A stretch of 64,000 nucleotides of DNA from Geminicoccaceae bacterium. GTDB taxonomy: Bacteria > Pseudomonadota > Alphaproteobacteria > Geminicoccales > Geminicoccaceae. This document shows, piece after piece, positions 18,167 through 27,103 of this stretch (positions within the stretch are counted from its first letter, which is position 1; each line of letters opens with the position of its first letter). The stretch is taken from contig JBDHTW010000014.1 of the NCBI GenBank assembly GCA_039808865.1, positions 12 through 64,011 of the forward strand, in the 5' to 3' direction. The notes below the pieces were generated by a model. It was not told the DNA's origin and made no database searches. It saw only the letters and a program-made list of their open reading frames with translations. The translations under genes were made by a program, and so were the position numbers.

Positions 18167-19336
18167 ATGCGCCCTGTCGATAGCCTGTCCGCTGCGGCGG
18201 CGCGCCGGATCGCCCTTGCGGCGCAGGGCTTCGGCCGGCCCCGCCTCGACGCGCCGCCGAGCCCGGCGCAGGCGCAGCGCCAGATCGAGCGCCTGGGCCT
18301 GGTGCAGATCGATTCCGTGAGCGCCGTCGTCCGCTCGCACTACCTGCCGCTGTTCTCGCGGCTCGGCCCCTACCCGCACGCGCTGCTCGACCGGCTCGCC
18401 TACGACGGACGGCGGCGCCGGCTGTTCGAATACTGGGGCCACGAGGCGTCCTTGCTGCCGGTGGCCTCGCAGCCGCTCCTGCGCTGGCGGATGGCGCGCG
18501 CCGCGGCTGGCCAGGGCATCTATGGCGGGCTCGCCAGGTTCGCGCGCGAGCGGCGCGCCTTCATCGACGAGGTGCTGGCCGAGATCCGCGCGCGCGGCCC
18601 GCTCGGTGCGTCGGAGCTCACCAACGCCGTGCCCGGCCAGGGAGGCTGGTGGGGCTGGAGCGACGGCAAGGGCGCGCTCGAGTTCCTGTTCTGGGCCGGG
18701 CTGGTCACGACGGCCACGCGGCGCGGCTTCGAGCGCATCTACGACCTGCCGGAGCGGGTGCTGCCACAGACGGTGCTGACGACGCCGACGCCCGAGCCCG
18801 CGGCGGCGCAGCGCGCGCTGCTGCTGCAGGCGGCAAGGGCCCTCGGCGTCGCCACCCTGCGCGACCTGCGCGACTACTTCCGTCTCGACGCCGCCGAGGT
18901 GCCGGCCCGGCTCGCGGAACTGGTCGAGGCGGGAGCGCTGCTGCCGGTCAAGGTCGAGGGCTGGAAGCAGCCCGCCTATCTCGACCCGGCCGCGCGCCAC
19001 CCACGGCGTCTCGACGCGCGGGCCCTGCTGTCGCCGTTCGATTCCCTGGTCTGGGAGCGCGAGCGCGCCTTGCGCGTGTTCGGCTTCCATTACCGGCTCG
19101 AAATCTACACGCCGGCGCACAAGCGGGTGCACGGCTACTACGTGCTGCCGTTCCTGCTCGGCGACCGGCTGGTGGCCCGGGTCGACCTGAAGGCCGATCG
19201 CAAGGCGAGCCGGCTGCGCGTGCTGGCGACCCACGTCGAGGCCGAGATCGACGAGCGCCAGATCGCCGGGCCGCTGGCGGACGAGCTACGGCTGATGGCC
19301 GACTGGCTGGCGCTGGAGCGGGTCACCGCCGAGTGA
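18167..19336 (+). CDS. ycaQ: YcaQ/AlkZ-family (HTH_42) DNA glycosylase for interstrand crosslink repair
   Basis: LVQIDSV (QxD catalytic motif of the YcaQ subtype), RSHYLPLFSRLG, EYWGHEAS, LLSPFDSLVWER, EIYTP..KR.HGYYVLP. Confidence 0.85.
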   Translation: MRPVDSLSAAAARRIALAAQGFGRPRLDAPPSPAQAQRQIERLGLVQIDSVSAVVRSHYLPLFSRLGPYPHALLDRLAYDGRRRRLFEYWGHEASLLPVASQPLLRWRMARAAAGQGIYGGLARFARERRAFIDEVLAEIRARGPLGASELTNAVPGQGGWWGWSDGKGALEFLFWAGLVTTATRRGFERIYDLPERVLPQTVLTTPTPEPAAAQRALLLQAARALGVATLRDLRDYFRLDAAEVPARLAELVEAGALLPVKVEGWKQPAYLDPAARHPRRLDARALLSPFDSLVWERERALRVFGFHYRLEIYTPAHKRVHGYYVLPFLLGDRLVARVDLKADRKASRLRVLATHVEAEIDERQIAGPLADELRLMADWLALERVTAE

Positions 19337-19741
19337 GGCGATCACCTCGTCGGGTACCGGCAGGGCCTTCAACCGGCCGGGGCGATCGGGATCGGCCGCC
19401 GCCCAGACCCGCGTCTCCACACCCTCGACCGCCAGCACGCCGTCCTTGAGCAGCCGATGCTGCACCTCGAAGCTGCTGCGGCGGAACGTCCTGACCTGGG
19501 TCTCGACCACCACCTCGTCGCCGTAGGTCGACGGGATCAGGAAGCGTGTGCGCAGATCGACCATCGGACAGCCCACGGTGCCGTAATGGGCCAGAAGCTC
19601 CCGCTTGCGCCGGCCGAGGGCCGCCGTGAACAGCGCCCAGGTGCAGGCGTCGAAATAGGCGAGATAGCGCGGGAAGAACACGATGCCGGCGGGGTCGCAG
19701 TCGCCCCATTCGATCGTGATCCGGCGCGTGTTGACGAACAT
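19286..19741 (-). CDS. Acyl-CoA thioesterase (4-hydroxybenzoyl-CoA thioesterase/hotdog fold)
   Basis: IEWGDCDPAGIVFFPRY motif; SD GGAGG before ATG 19741; 3' end overlaps ycaQ by 51 nt. Confidence 0.85.
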   Translation of the reverse strand: MFVNTRRITIEWGDCDPAGIVFFPRYLAYFDACTWALFTAALGRRKRELLAHYGTVGCPMVDLRTRFLIPSTYGDEVVVETQVRTFRRSSFEVQHRLLKDGVLAVEGVETRVWAAADPDRPGRLKALPVPDEVIASLGGDPLQRQPVGHQP

Positions 19742-19767
19742 CGGCAGCCACCTCCAGCGGCACGGGA

Positions 19768-20541
19768 TCAGCTGGCCCCCGTCACCCATTGCAGCGCCTG
19801 CCGCCACAGGCGGGCATAGCCCGGCCAGGCGACGAAGCTGTCGGGCAGCCAGTGCGGGCCGATGTCCGACATCCAGGCCAAGGTCCGGCCCTTGCCGTGC
19901 GCGCCCACGGCGAGCAGCGGATGGCCGCCGGTATCGGCCGGTGTCTGCGCCAGGAGCTCGACCCCGGGTCCGGCCTTGAGCACGACCTCGTTGAGCCCGA
20001 GCAGCACCGGCCACTCGCCGTCCAGGCCGGCCAGGATCGGATGGCCCGGCTGGAGCAGCTCGGCGCGGAATCCCTCCGGCACCTCGAGCCGGTCGTCGAT
20101 CGGCAGGCAACGCACCGGCAGCACGTCCTCGACCGGCGTCTTGTGCCAGCGGGCGGCGCCGTTGATGCCCTGGAAGCTGAAATAGCCGCCGATCATCATG
20201 AGGCCGCCGCCATCGACGACATAGTCGCGCAGGAGCTTGAGCCGGTTGGGCACGGTCCTGCCCTTCAGCCACACGTCGGGATGGAGCAGGAGCGTGTTGG
20301 CGCCGATGTCGGACAGGATGACGGCACCGTAGTCCTCGAGCCCGGCGCGCGTGGTCGGGAACGCGGTCGCCGCCTCGTGCGCCGGCATGTAGTGCAGGTC
20401 GAACGGGCCGTCGCGCAGCGCCTCGACCAAGGGCTCGGCCCCGAGATGGAAGGTGACCGAGCCGAACTGGTCGAAGCCCTTGTAATGCGTGGCGGCGCTC
20501 ACCCAGCTCTCGCCGGCGAGCAGTACCCTGGTCTTGGCCAA
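19768..20541 (-). CDS. Class I glutamine-amidotransferase-like protein (DUF1355/STM3548-like)
   Basis: LLAGESW, VILSDIGANTLLL, GGGLMMIGGYFSFQG, SDIGPHW; TTG start with GGAGG SD. Confidence 0.8.
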   Translation of the reverse strand: MAKTRVLLAGESWVSAATHYKGFDQFGSVTFHLGAEPLVEALRDGPFDLHYMPAHEAATAFPTTRAGLEDYGAVILSDIGANTLLLHPDVWLKGRTVPNRLKLLRDYVVDGGGLMMIGGYFSFQGINGAARWHKTPVEDVLPVRCLPIDDRLEVPEGFRAELLQPGHPILAGLDGEWPVLLGLNEVVLKAGPGVELLAQTPADTGGHPLLAVGAHGKGRTLAWMSDIGPHWLPDSFVAWPGYARLWRQALQWVTGAS

Positions 20542-20552
20542 TTCGCCCTCCC

Positions 20553-21608
20553 CTAGCCCGCCGCGAACACGGCGCGCGGGTTGTCCAGCAAGAGACGGCC
20601 GATCGCCGCCTCGTCGACCCCGTGCCGACGCAGCCGCGGCACGAAATGGCGCAGCACGTAGGCGTAGCCGAAACCACCGTAGCGGGTGAGCATCATCTTC
20701 AAGAACACGTCCTGCGACAGCAGCAGCTTGTGCCCGAAGCCGCGCGCGATCAGCCGCGCGATCGCGGCCGCCGTCTCCTCGTCGGACGGGCACTGCACCT
20801 GCTGGTCGGCGTACCAGTAGTCCATGCCGATCATGTCGTATTCGAGAAACGCGCCGCGGCGGGCGCAGGCCTCCTGGTAGTCGGGGTCCGCGAACGACGG
20901 GTTCATGTGGCAGAGCACGGTATGGTCGAGGTCGCCGCCCTCCTCGGCGACGATGTCCAGAACCTTGAGCCCGTGCCGATACCATCCGGGCAGGTGCACC
21001 ATCAGCGGCAGCCTGGTGCGCACCTGCGCCCGGGCGGCGCCGCGCAGGCTCTTCTCCTCGGCGGCGGTGAACTCGCCCGAGACCCCGATCTCGCCGATGA
21101 GCCCGATCCTGACCCCGTCGATCCCCTGCAGCGCCTCGGCCACGATCTCGTCGGCGATCGCATCCGCCGACAGCGTGCGCACCACGTCGGGATGCGAGCT
21201 CTCGAGGTAGTAGCCGGCGCCCATGACGATCTGCAGGCCGGTGGCACGGCTGATCCGTACCAGCGCCGCAGGGTTGCGGCCGATGCCGCGGCAGGTCGGG
21301 TCGACGACGGTGGCGCCGCCGGCATGCCGGAAGGCCAGCAGCTCGGCCGTGGCCAAGGGCTCGTCGTCCAGCGCGCAGTTGTGCAGGTTGACGAACGGAT
21401 CCATCCGCAGCTCGCCGAGGATGCCCTGGTGCACCGGCTCGGTCGCCAGATGCTGCCGTTCGGGCTCGCGCGGCGGATTCCACCAGCAGCGGCAGTCGTT
21501 CAGGATGTGCTCGTGCGGCAGGGTGATGCCGAGCGCGCCGGCCGGGATCGGGCCCAACACGGTCATGACCTGGCCGGAGCCGACATGGCAGGAAGAGAGC
21601 TCGCTCAT
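20553..21608 (-). CDS. Phosphotriesterase-homology (PHP/PTE) amidohydrolase
   Basis: TVLGPI, LPHEH, VDPT..GIGRNP, GAGYY, GEIG (Glu bridging ligand), VHLP, LCHM, LSQD. Confidence 0.9.
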   Translation of the reverse strand: MSELSSCHVGSGQVMTVLGPIPAGALGITLPHEHILNDCRCWWNPPREPERQHLATEPVHQGILGELRMDPFVNLHNCALDDEPLATAELLAFRHAGGATVVDPTCRGIGRNPAALVRISRATGLQIVMGAGYYLESSHPDVVRTLSADAIADEIVAEALQGIDGVRIGLIGEIGVSGEFTAAEEKSLRGAARAQVRTRLPLMVHLPGWYRHGLKVLDIVAEEGGDLDHTVLCHMNPSFADPDYQEACARRGAFLEYDMIGMDYWYADQQVQCPSDEETAAAIARLIARGFGHKLLLSQDVFLKMMLTRYGGFGYAYVLRHFVPRLRRHGVDEAAIGRLLLDNPRAVFAAG

Positions 21609-22612
21609 CTGCGTCCGATCTGCGCCATGCGCGCGAACAGGCGGGTGTTGAGCCAGATCGCGAGCAGGATGATCAGCCCGGTGACGATCTGGGTGAAGAA
21701 CGGCGACACGTGGGCGAGGATCAGGCCGTTGCCGATGACGGCGATGGTGAGAGCGCCCAGGACGGTGCCGACGATGCTGCCACGGCCGCCGGTCAGCGCG
21801 GTCCCACCCAGCACCACGGCCGCGATCACCTCGAGCTCGAAGCCGACCGCGGCATTCGAGCTGCCGGAGCCCAGCCGGCCGGCGATGACGATGCCGGCCG
21901 CGGCCGCCGCGGTGCCGGTCAGCACGTAGACCAGCAGCGTGATCCGCGCCACGGCGATGCCGGCGCGCCGGGCGGCCTCGGCATTGGCGCCGAGCGCCAC
22001 GACGTAGCGGCCGAAGCGGGTCCGGGTCAGCGTGATCCAGCCGGCCAGCGCCACGACGATCGCGAACGCCGCCGGCAGCGGGATGCCCAGGAACCAGCCG
22101 CGGCCGAGCTGGACGAACCAGCTGTCGGGCGCGATCGGAATCGAGAAGCCCTGCGTCAGCAGGAGCGCGACGCCGCGCAGGACCGACAGGCCGGCCAGGG
22201 TGACGATGAAGGAGGGGATGCGCTCGACGGCCACGAACCAGCCCTGCACGGCCCCGACCAGCGCGCCCAACAGCAGCATCAGCAGGACGGTGAGCGGCCA
22301 CGGCAAGCCCGCCTGCAGCGCTATCGCCGCCAGCGCGTTGACCAGGGCCACGGTCGAGCCGACCGACAGATCGATGCCGCCGGTGGTGATCACGAAGGTC
22401 ATCGCGACCGCGACCATCAGCAGGGGAGCCGACTGGCGCAGCAGGTTGAGCAGGTTGACCTGGGACAGGAAGGCGTCGGTGCCGATGGCGAACCCGGCCG
22501 CCATCAGCACGAAGAACACGGCGATGCTCAGCACCGGCGCCTGGGTCAGGACGAGGTCGGCCCAGGGGCTGCCCTGCGGGCGGCGCGCGCGCACCGGCTC
22601 AGGCCCGGCCAC
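21605..22612 (-). CDS. Monosaccharide ABC transporter permease (RbsC-like)
   Basis: TGGIDLSVGS, IPSFIVTLA, GANAEAARRAG, ELEVIAAVVLGGT. Confidence 0.92.
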   Translation of the reverse strand: MAGPEPVRARRPQGSPWADLVLTQAPVLSIAVFFVLMAAGFAIGTDAFLSQVNLLNLLRQSAPLLMVAVAMTFVITTGGIDLSVGSTVALVNALAAIALQAGLPWPLTVLLMLLLGALVGAVQGWFVAVERIPSFIVTLAGLSVLRGVALLLTQGFSIPIAPDSWFVQLGRGWFLGIPLPAAFAIVVALAGWITLTRTRFGRYVVALGANAEAARRAGIAVARITLLVYVLTGTAAAAAGIVIAGRLGSGSSNAAVGFELEVIAAVVLGGTALTGGRGSIVGTVLGALTIAVIGNGLILAHVSPFFTQIVTGLIILLAIWLNTRLFARMAQIGRR

Positions 22613-23372
22613 GCAGGCGCTCGGCCTTGCCGCCGACGATCAGGCCGACGAGATCCTCGAGATCGGTCTCGCCGATCCGCCGCTCGGCGACCTTGAGGCC
22701 CTCGTACATCACGGCGATCCGATCGCAGACCAGGAACAGATCCTGCAGCCGATGGGTGATCAGGATCACGCCGGCGCCGTCTTCGGCAAGCCGGCGGATC
22801 AGGCGCAGCACCGCCTCGACCTCGGCCACGGCCAGGGCCGAGGTCGGCTCGTCCATGATCATGACCTTGGGCGCGAACGCGGCGGCGCGGCCGATCGCGA
22901 TCGACTGGCGCTGGCCGCCGGACAGGCCGCCGACCAGGGCGCGCAGGTTCGGGATGTGGATCCCCAGCGCCTCCAGGTGTGCCCGAGCCTCGGCCTGCAT
23001 GCGCCGCTGGTCCAGCAGCGTCAGGCCGAGCAGGCGCCGGACCGGCTCGCGCCCCAGGAACAGGTTGCCCGCGACGTCGACCGAATCGCACAAGGAGAGA
23101 TCCTGGTAGACCATCTCGATCCGGCGCGCCCGGGCCTCCGCCGGCGTCGCGTAGGCCACCTGCTCGCCGTCGACGAGGATGCGGCCGGCATCCGGCACGT
23201 AGGCGCCGGCGATGATCTTGGTCAGCGTCGACTTGCCGGCGGCATTGTCGCCGACCAGCCCCAGAACCTCGCCGGGCCACAGCTCCAGATCGACACCGCG
23301 CAGCGCCTCGATCGAGCCGAAGCGCTTGCGGATGCCTTCGAGCCGCACCCTGGGGACGGCGGCCGTCGCCAC
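22599..23372 (-). CDS. Monosaccharide ABC transporter ATP-binding protein (single domain)
   Basis: GDNAAGKST, LSGGQRQ, MDEPT, ITH; GTG overlapping the upstream TAG. Confidence 0.92.
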   Translation of the reverse strand: MATAAVPRVRLEGIRKRFGSIEALRGVDLELWPGEVLGLVGDNAAGKSTLTKIIAGAYVPDAGRILVDGEQVAYATPAEARARRIEMVYQDLSLCDSVDVAGNLFLGREPVRRLLGLTLLDQRRMQAEARAHLEALGIHIPNLRALVGGLSGGQRQSIAIGRAAAFAPKVMIMDEPTSALAVAEVEAVLRLIRRLAEDGAGVILITHRLQDLFLVCDRIAVMYEGLKVAERRIGETDLEDLVGLIVGGKAERLRGRA

Positions 23373-24316
23373 TACTTGAAGACGGCGCGGTACGGGTCGA
23401 CGTTGGCCTTGGTCACGATCGTCACCGGCACCGCGATCTTGGCCGGCACCTTGCCGCCCTTGATCGCGGTCATCAGCGCGTCGACCGCGGCCGCACCCAT
23501 GCCGGCCGGATCCTGCTGCACGACGCCCACGACATAACCGTCGTCGATGCCCTTGATCGCCGAGGCGGTCAGATCCCAGCCCACGACCTTGACGCTGCCC
23601 TGCCGGCCCTGGCTCTCGACCGCGGCCACCGCACCGAGCAGCGCCGGCTCGCCGGTGGCATAGATGGCGGTCAGGTCCGGATTGGCCGTCATCAGGTTCT
23701 CGGCCGCGGCCATCGCGTTGTCCTGGATGTTGCGCCCGTCGACCACGCCGACGTTGGTGATGCCCGAAGCGGTCGCCACCACCGAATCGAACCCCTTCTG
23801 GCGGACGTTCTGGATGAACGAGTTGAGCGCGCCGACCGAGCCCAGCTTGGCCTTGCCGCCCATCTCGTCGTTGACGATCTTGACGAAATGCTCGCCGATC
23901 AGCTTGCCCGCGGCCTCGTTGTCGACGCCGACCTGCGCCAGCTGCGGCCCGGGCGGCAGGATCGCATCCACCGCCACCACCGGAATGCCCGCCTTCGCCG
24001 CCGCTTCCACCGCCGGCATGACGCCGTTGACGTCGATCGCGACGACGACGAGGCCATCCACCTTCTGCGCGATGTAGGTCTCGATCGCGTTGTTCTGCGC
24101 CGCCGGGTCGTTGTTGGCGTTGAAGATGACCAGCTTCGCGCCCAGCTCGGCCGCCTTCTTCTCGGCGCCTGCGTTCATCTGGGTGAAGAACAGCGCCTGC
24201 TGATTGATCTGCACGAGCGCGATGGTGGGCTCCGCGGCGCGGGCCGCATGATCGCCCAGGACGAGTGAGCCGGCGAGCACAAGGCCCGCCGCAAGCAGCT
24301 GGCGACGACAGCTCAT
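23372..24316 (-). CDS. Monosaccharide ABC transporter substrate-binding protein
   Basis: N-terminal signal, Peripla_BP_4-like pattern (FFTQMNAGA, GIPVVAVD, VVGWD, VQQDP); start could be up to 51 nt further upstream. Confidence 0.9.
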   Translation of the reverse strand: MSCRRQLLAAGLVLAGSLVLGDHAARAAEPTIALVQINQQALFFTQMNAGAEKKAAELGAKLVIFNANNDPAAQNNAIETYIAQKVDGLVVVAIDVNGVMPAVEAAAKAGIPVVAVDAILPPGPQLAQVGVDNEAAGKLIGEHFVKIVNDEMGGKAKLGSVGALNSFIQNVRQKGFDSVVATASGITNVGVVDGRNIQDNAMAAAENLMTANPDLTAIYATGEPALLGAVAAVESQGRQGSVKVVGWDLTASAIKGIDDGYVVGVVQQDPAGMGAAAVDALMTAIKGGKVPAKIAVPVTIVTKANVDPYRAVFK

Positions 24317-24413
24317 CGGTGCGTTCTCCCCAGCCATGCCGCGGTGCCCGGGGTCCCGGGCGTTCACGTGGACGGTTCCGGTGCATGGGCAAACCGACCG
24401 TAGCTCGCACCCG

Positions 24414-24425
24414 TGAAACGTTCAA
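24414..24425. promoter_or_regulatory. Possible LacI-family operator upstream of the sugar ABC operon
   Basis: TGAAACGTTCAA matches the LacI-type palindrome TGAAACGTTTCA at 10 of 12 positions. Confidence 0.4.
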
Positions 24426-24538
24426 ACGCTGCTTGCCGGGGTCCGACGAGCTGGGCACCAACAAGAGCGGACGACTGCGCCCCACCGCGCAAACGTGCTA
24501 AGCCTGCCTCGTCTCCTGTCACTGCCCGGGCGTCGTTC

Positions 24539-25939
24539 TTGGCTCCTGTCGTCCTTTCCCGCGAGCTGCCCTGGCTCGAGCCACTGGCCGCGTTTGCGGT
24601 GGTGCGCAAGCTGGCGTGGCCGGTGCTGCTGGACAGCGCGCGCGTCGACCCGCGCCTCGGCCGCTGGAGCTACGTGGCGGCCGACCCCTTTCTCCGGCTG
24701 GTCAGCAAGGACGGGCGCATCGCGCTGGGCGAGCGCAGCTTCACCGGCGACCCGTTCGCGATCCTGCAGCGCGCCCTGGCCCACTACCGGCTCGGGCACG
24801 ATCCCGGGCTGCCGCCGCCGTTCCAGACCGGCGTCATGGGCTGGCTCGGCTACGACCTCGCCCACCATCTGGAGCGGCTGCCCCATCCGGCCACGGACGA
24901 TCTGGGCTTTCCCGATCTGGCGCTCGGCTTCTACGACACGGTGCTGGCGTTCGACCTCGCCGAGCGGCGGCTCTGGCTGATGAGCAGCGGCTGGCCCGAG
25001 AGCACGCCCGAAGCCAGCATGCACCGGCGGAAAGCGCGGGCCGATTTCTTCGCCGGGCTCGTGCTGCAGGCGACGGACGTCGAACCGCCGCCCGAGCTGA
25101 CGAGCGAGGTCGGGATCGAGTCGAATTTCACCCGGCCCGCGTACGAGGCGGCGGTGCGGCGCGTGATCGACTACATCCTGGCCGGCGACATCTTCCAGGC
25201 CAACCTGTCGCAGCGTTTCCGGGCCTCGATGCCGGCGGGCCTCGATGCCTGGGGCCTCTACCGCCGGCTGCGCCGACGCAACCCGGCTCCGTTCGCCGCC
25301 TATCTCGACCTGGGCGGCACGCAACTCGTCTCCGCCTCGCCCGAGCGGTTCCTCGAGCTGCGCGGGCGGCAGGTGGAAACCCGGCCGATCAAGGGCACGC
25401 GACCGCGCGGGGCCACGCCCGAGGCAGACCGACGGCTCGGCGAGGAACTGCTCGCGAGCGAGAAGGACCAGGCCGAGAACGTGATGATCGTCGACCTCCT
25501 GCGCAACGATCTCAGCCGGGTCTGCCGCGACCATACCGTGCTGACGCCCGAGATCTGTGTGCTCGAGAGCTTCGCCACCGTGCACCATCTGGTCTCGACG
25601 GTGACCGGCGAGCTGCGCCCCGGCCTCGATGCGGTCGACCTCCTGCGCGCGACCTTTCCCGGCGGCTCGATCACGGGCGCGCCCAAGATCCGCGCCATGG
25701 AGATCATCGCCGAGCTCGAGCCCACCGCGCGTGGCCCCTATTGCGGCGCCATCGGCTGGCTGGGCTGCGACGGCTGGATGGACACCAGCATCACCATCCG
25801 CACGCTGGCCATCAAGGACGGTTCGGTGGTGTTCCAGGCCGGCGGCGGCATCGTCGCCGACAGCGACCCGGCGGCCGAGTACGATGAAACGCTGGCCAAG
25901 GCGTGCGCGATCTTCGATGCGCTGCGGGAGGGCACGTGA
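24539..25939 (+). CDS. pabB: Aminodeoxychorismate synthase component I
   Basis: GRWSY, GDIFQANLSQRF, SPERF, PIKGT (PabB-type), ENVMIVDLLRND, FPGGSITGAPK; start uncertain (TTG 24539). Confidence 0.88.
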   Translation: MAPVVLSRELPWLEPLAAFAVVRKLAWPVLLDSARVDPRLGRWSYVAADPFLRLVSKDGRIALGERSFTGDPFAILQRALAHYRLGHDPGLPPPFQTGVMGWLGYDLAHHLERLPHPATDDLGFPDLALGFYDTVLAFDLAERRLWLMSSGWPESTPEASMHRRKARADFFAGLVLQATDVEPPPELTSEVGIESNFTRPAYEAAVRRVIDYILAGDIFQANLSQRFRASMPAGLDAWGLYRRLRRRNPAPFAAYLDLGGTQLVSASPERFLELRGRQVETRPIKGTRPRGATPEADRRLGEELLASEKDQAENVMIVDLLRNDLSRVCRDHTVLTPEICVLESFATVHHLVSTVTGELRPGLDAVDLLRATFPGGSITGAPKIRAMEIIAELEPTARGPYCGAIGWLGCDGWMDTSITIRTLAIKDGSVVFQAGGGIVADSDPAAEYDETLAKACAIFDALREGT

Positions 25940-26511
25940 TCGTCCTCATCGACAATTACGACAGCTTCGTCTGGAACCTTGCCCGCTACGTGGGCGAACT
26001 CGGGCATGCCCGCATCGTCGTCCGCAACGACGCCACGAGCCTCGAGGACATCGCCGCTCTCGCGCCGACGCACATCATCGTCTCGCCGGGCCCCTGCACA
26101 CCCGAGGAAGCCGGAATCAGCAACGCGGTGATCGCAACGTTCGGCGCGACCATCCCGATCCTGGGCGTGTGCCTCGGCCACCAATGCATCGGCGCGGCGC
26201 TGGGCGGCAAGGTCGATCGCGCCCGGCGCCCCATGCACGGCAAGACCTCGCTGATCCGGCACGACGGTAGCGATCTGTTCGCCGGCCTGCCCGACCCCTT
26301 GCGGGTGACCCGGTACCATTCGCTGATCGTCGAAGAGGCGGGCCTGCCGGACTCCTTACGCGTGACCGCACGCAGCGAGGAGGGCGAGATCATGGCCCTC
26401 CAGCATCGGTCCTGGCCGTTGGCGGGGGTGCAGTTCCATCCAGAGGCGGTGCTGACCGAGCACGGCCACGCGCTGCTCGGCAATTTCCTGGCCCGGTCGG
26501 CAGCCGCCTGA
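25936..26511 (+). CDS. pabA: Aminodeoxychorismate/anthranilate synthase component II (glutamine amidotransferase)
   Basis: IDNYDSF, SPGPC, GVCLGHQ, RYHSL, QFHPE; GTGA coupling to pabB. Confidence 0.9.
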   Translation: MIVLIDNYDSFVWNLARYVGELGHARIVVRNDATSLEDIAALAPTHIIVSPGPCTPEEAGISNAVIATFGATIPILGVCLGHQCIGAALGGKVDRARRPMHGKTSLIRHDGSDLFAGLPDPLRVTRYHSLIVEEAGLPDSLRVTARSEEGEIMALQHRSWPLAGVQFHPEAVLTEHGHALLGNFLARSAAA

Positions 26512-26570
26512 GCCGCGACGGCGCATTGCCCGGCCGCATCCCGGCGGGCACCCGGCCAGCACGGCCCGGA

Positions 26571-26957
26571 TCAGTCCGCCGTCTTCTTGGCCCGGGTGCG
26601 CCGCTTGGGCGTGGCAGCCGCCGCGCGGACCCGCTTGCTGATGGGATTCTCCTGCTCGGCGGTCGGAAGCTGCTCGGCCGCGGGCACGGCCTCCTCGACC
26701 GAGGCCTGCAACGCCGCTTCGGCTGCCGGCGCGGCCACGGCCGGCGCGGCGGTCGGGCCTTCGGCGCCACCGGCCATCTCGCCTGGAGCGAACTCGTCGA
26801 CGCCTGCCAGCGGATCCTCCTCGCCGGCTACCGACAGCCCGGCGATCTCGCTCTCGGCCTCCAGCCAGTAGGCGAGGTCGCCGCCTTCCGGGCGGCCGGC
26901 CTGCTCCCACAGCGCATAGGCGCGCTCCTGGATGGCCTTGCGCAGCTTCTCGTCCAT
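26571..26957 (-). CDS. DUF2934 domain protein with Ala/Glu-rich linker and basic tail
   Basis: IQERAYALWEQAGRPEG...WLEAE N-terminal motif; SD AGGAG. Confidence 0.85.
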   Translation of the reverse strand: MDEKLRKAIQERAYALWEQAGRPEGGDLAYWLEAESEIAGLSVAGEEDPLAGVDEFAPGEMAGGAEGPTAAPAVAAPAAEAALQASVEEAVPAAEQLPTAEQENPISKRVRAAAATPKRRTRAKKTAD

Positions 26958-27103
26958 TGCTTGTCTCTCCTGTGGGCGGCCCAGCCCGCTATCAACCGGT
27001 CAGGGCGGGATCGGATGCACGTGACCGTCCGTCGCATGGCACGTGCTGCGTAGCGGCCTGTGTCCCTGTTTATCGCCGGCTCGTCATGTCGTGAACCGAC
27101 TTG

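Noticed and set aside
19286-19336. 51-nt ycaQ/thioesterase overlap as functional dual coding
   Set aside because: The overlapping thioesterase tail lies beyond the conserved hotdog core and is best explained by stop-codon drift.
24539-26511. pabB-pabA as part of the pterin-sensing module
   Set aside because: They lie about 16 kb from folK/pruR with the glycan locus in between; the shared folate theme is probably coincidental.
26571-26800. Ala-rich repeats in the DUF2934 tail as a DNA repeat element
   Set aside because: This is a low-complexity protein linker with no exact tandem nucleotide unit.
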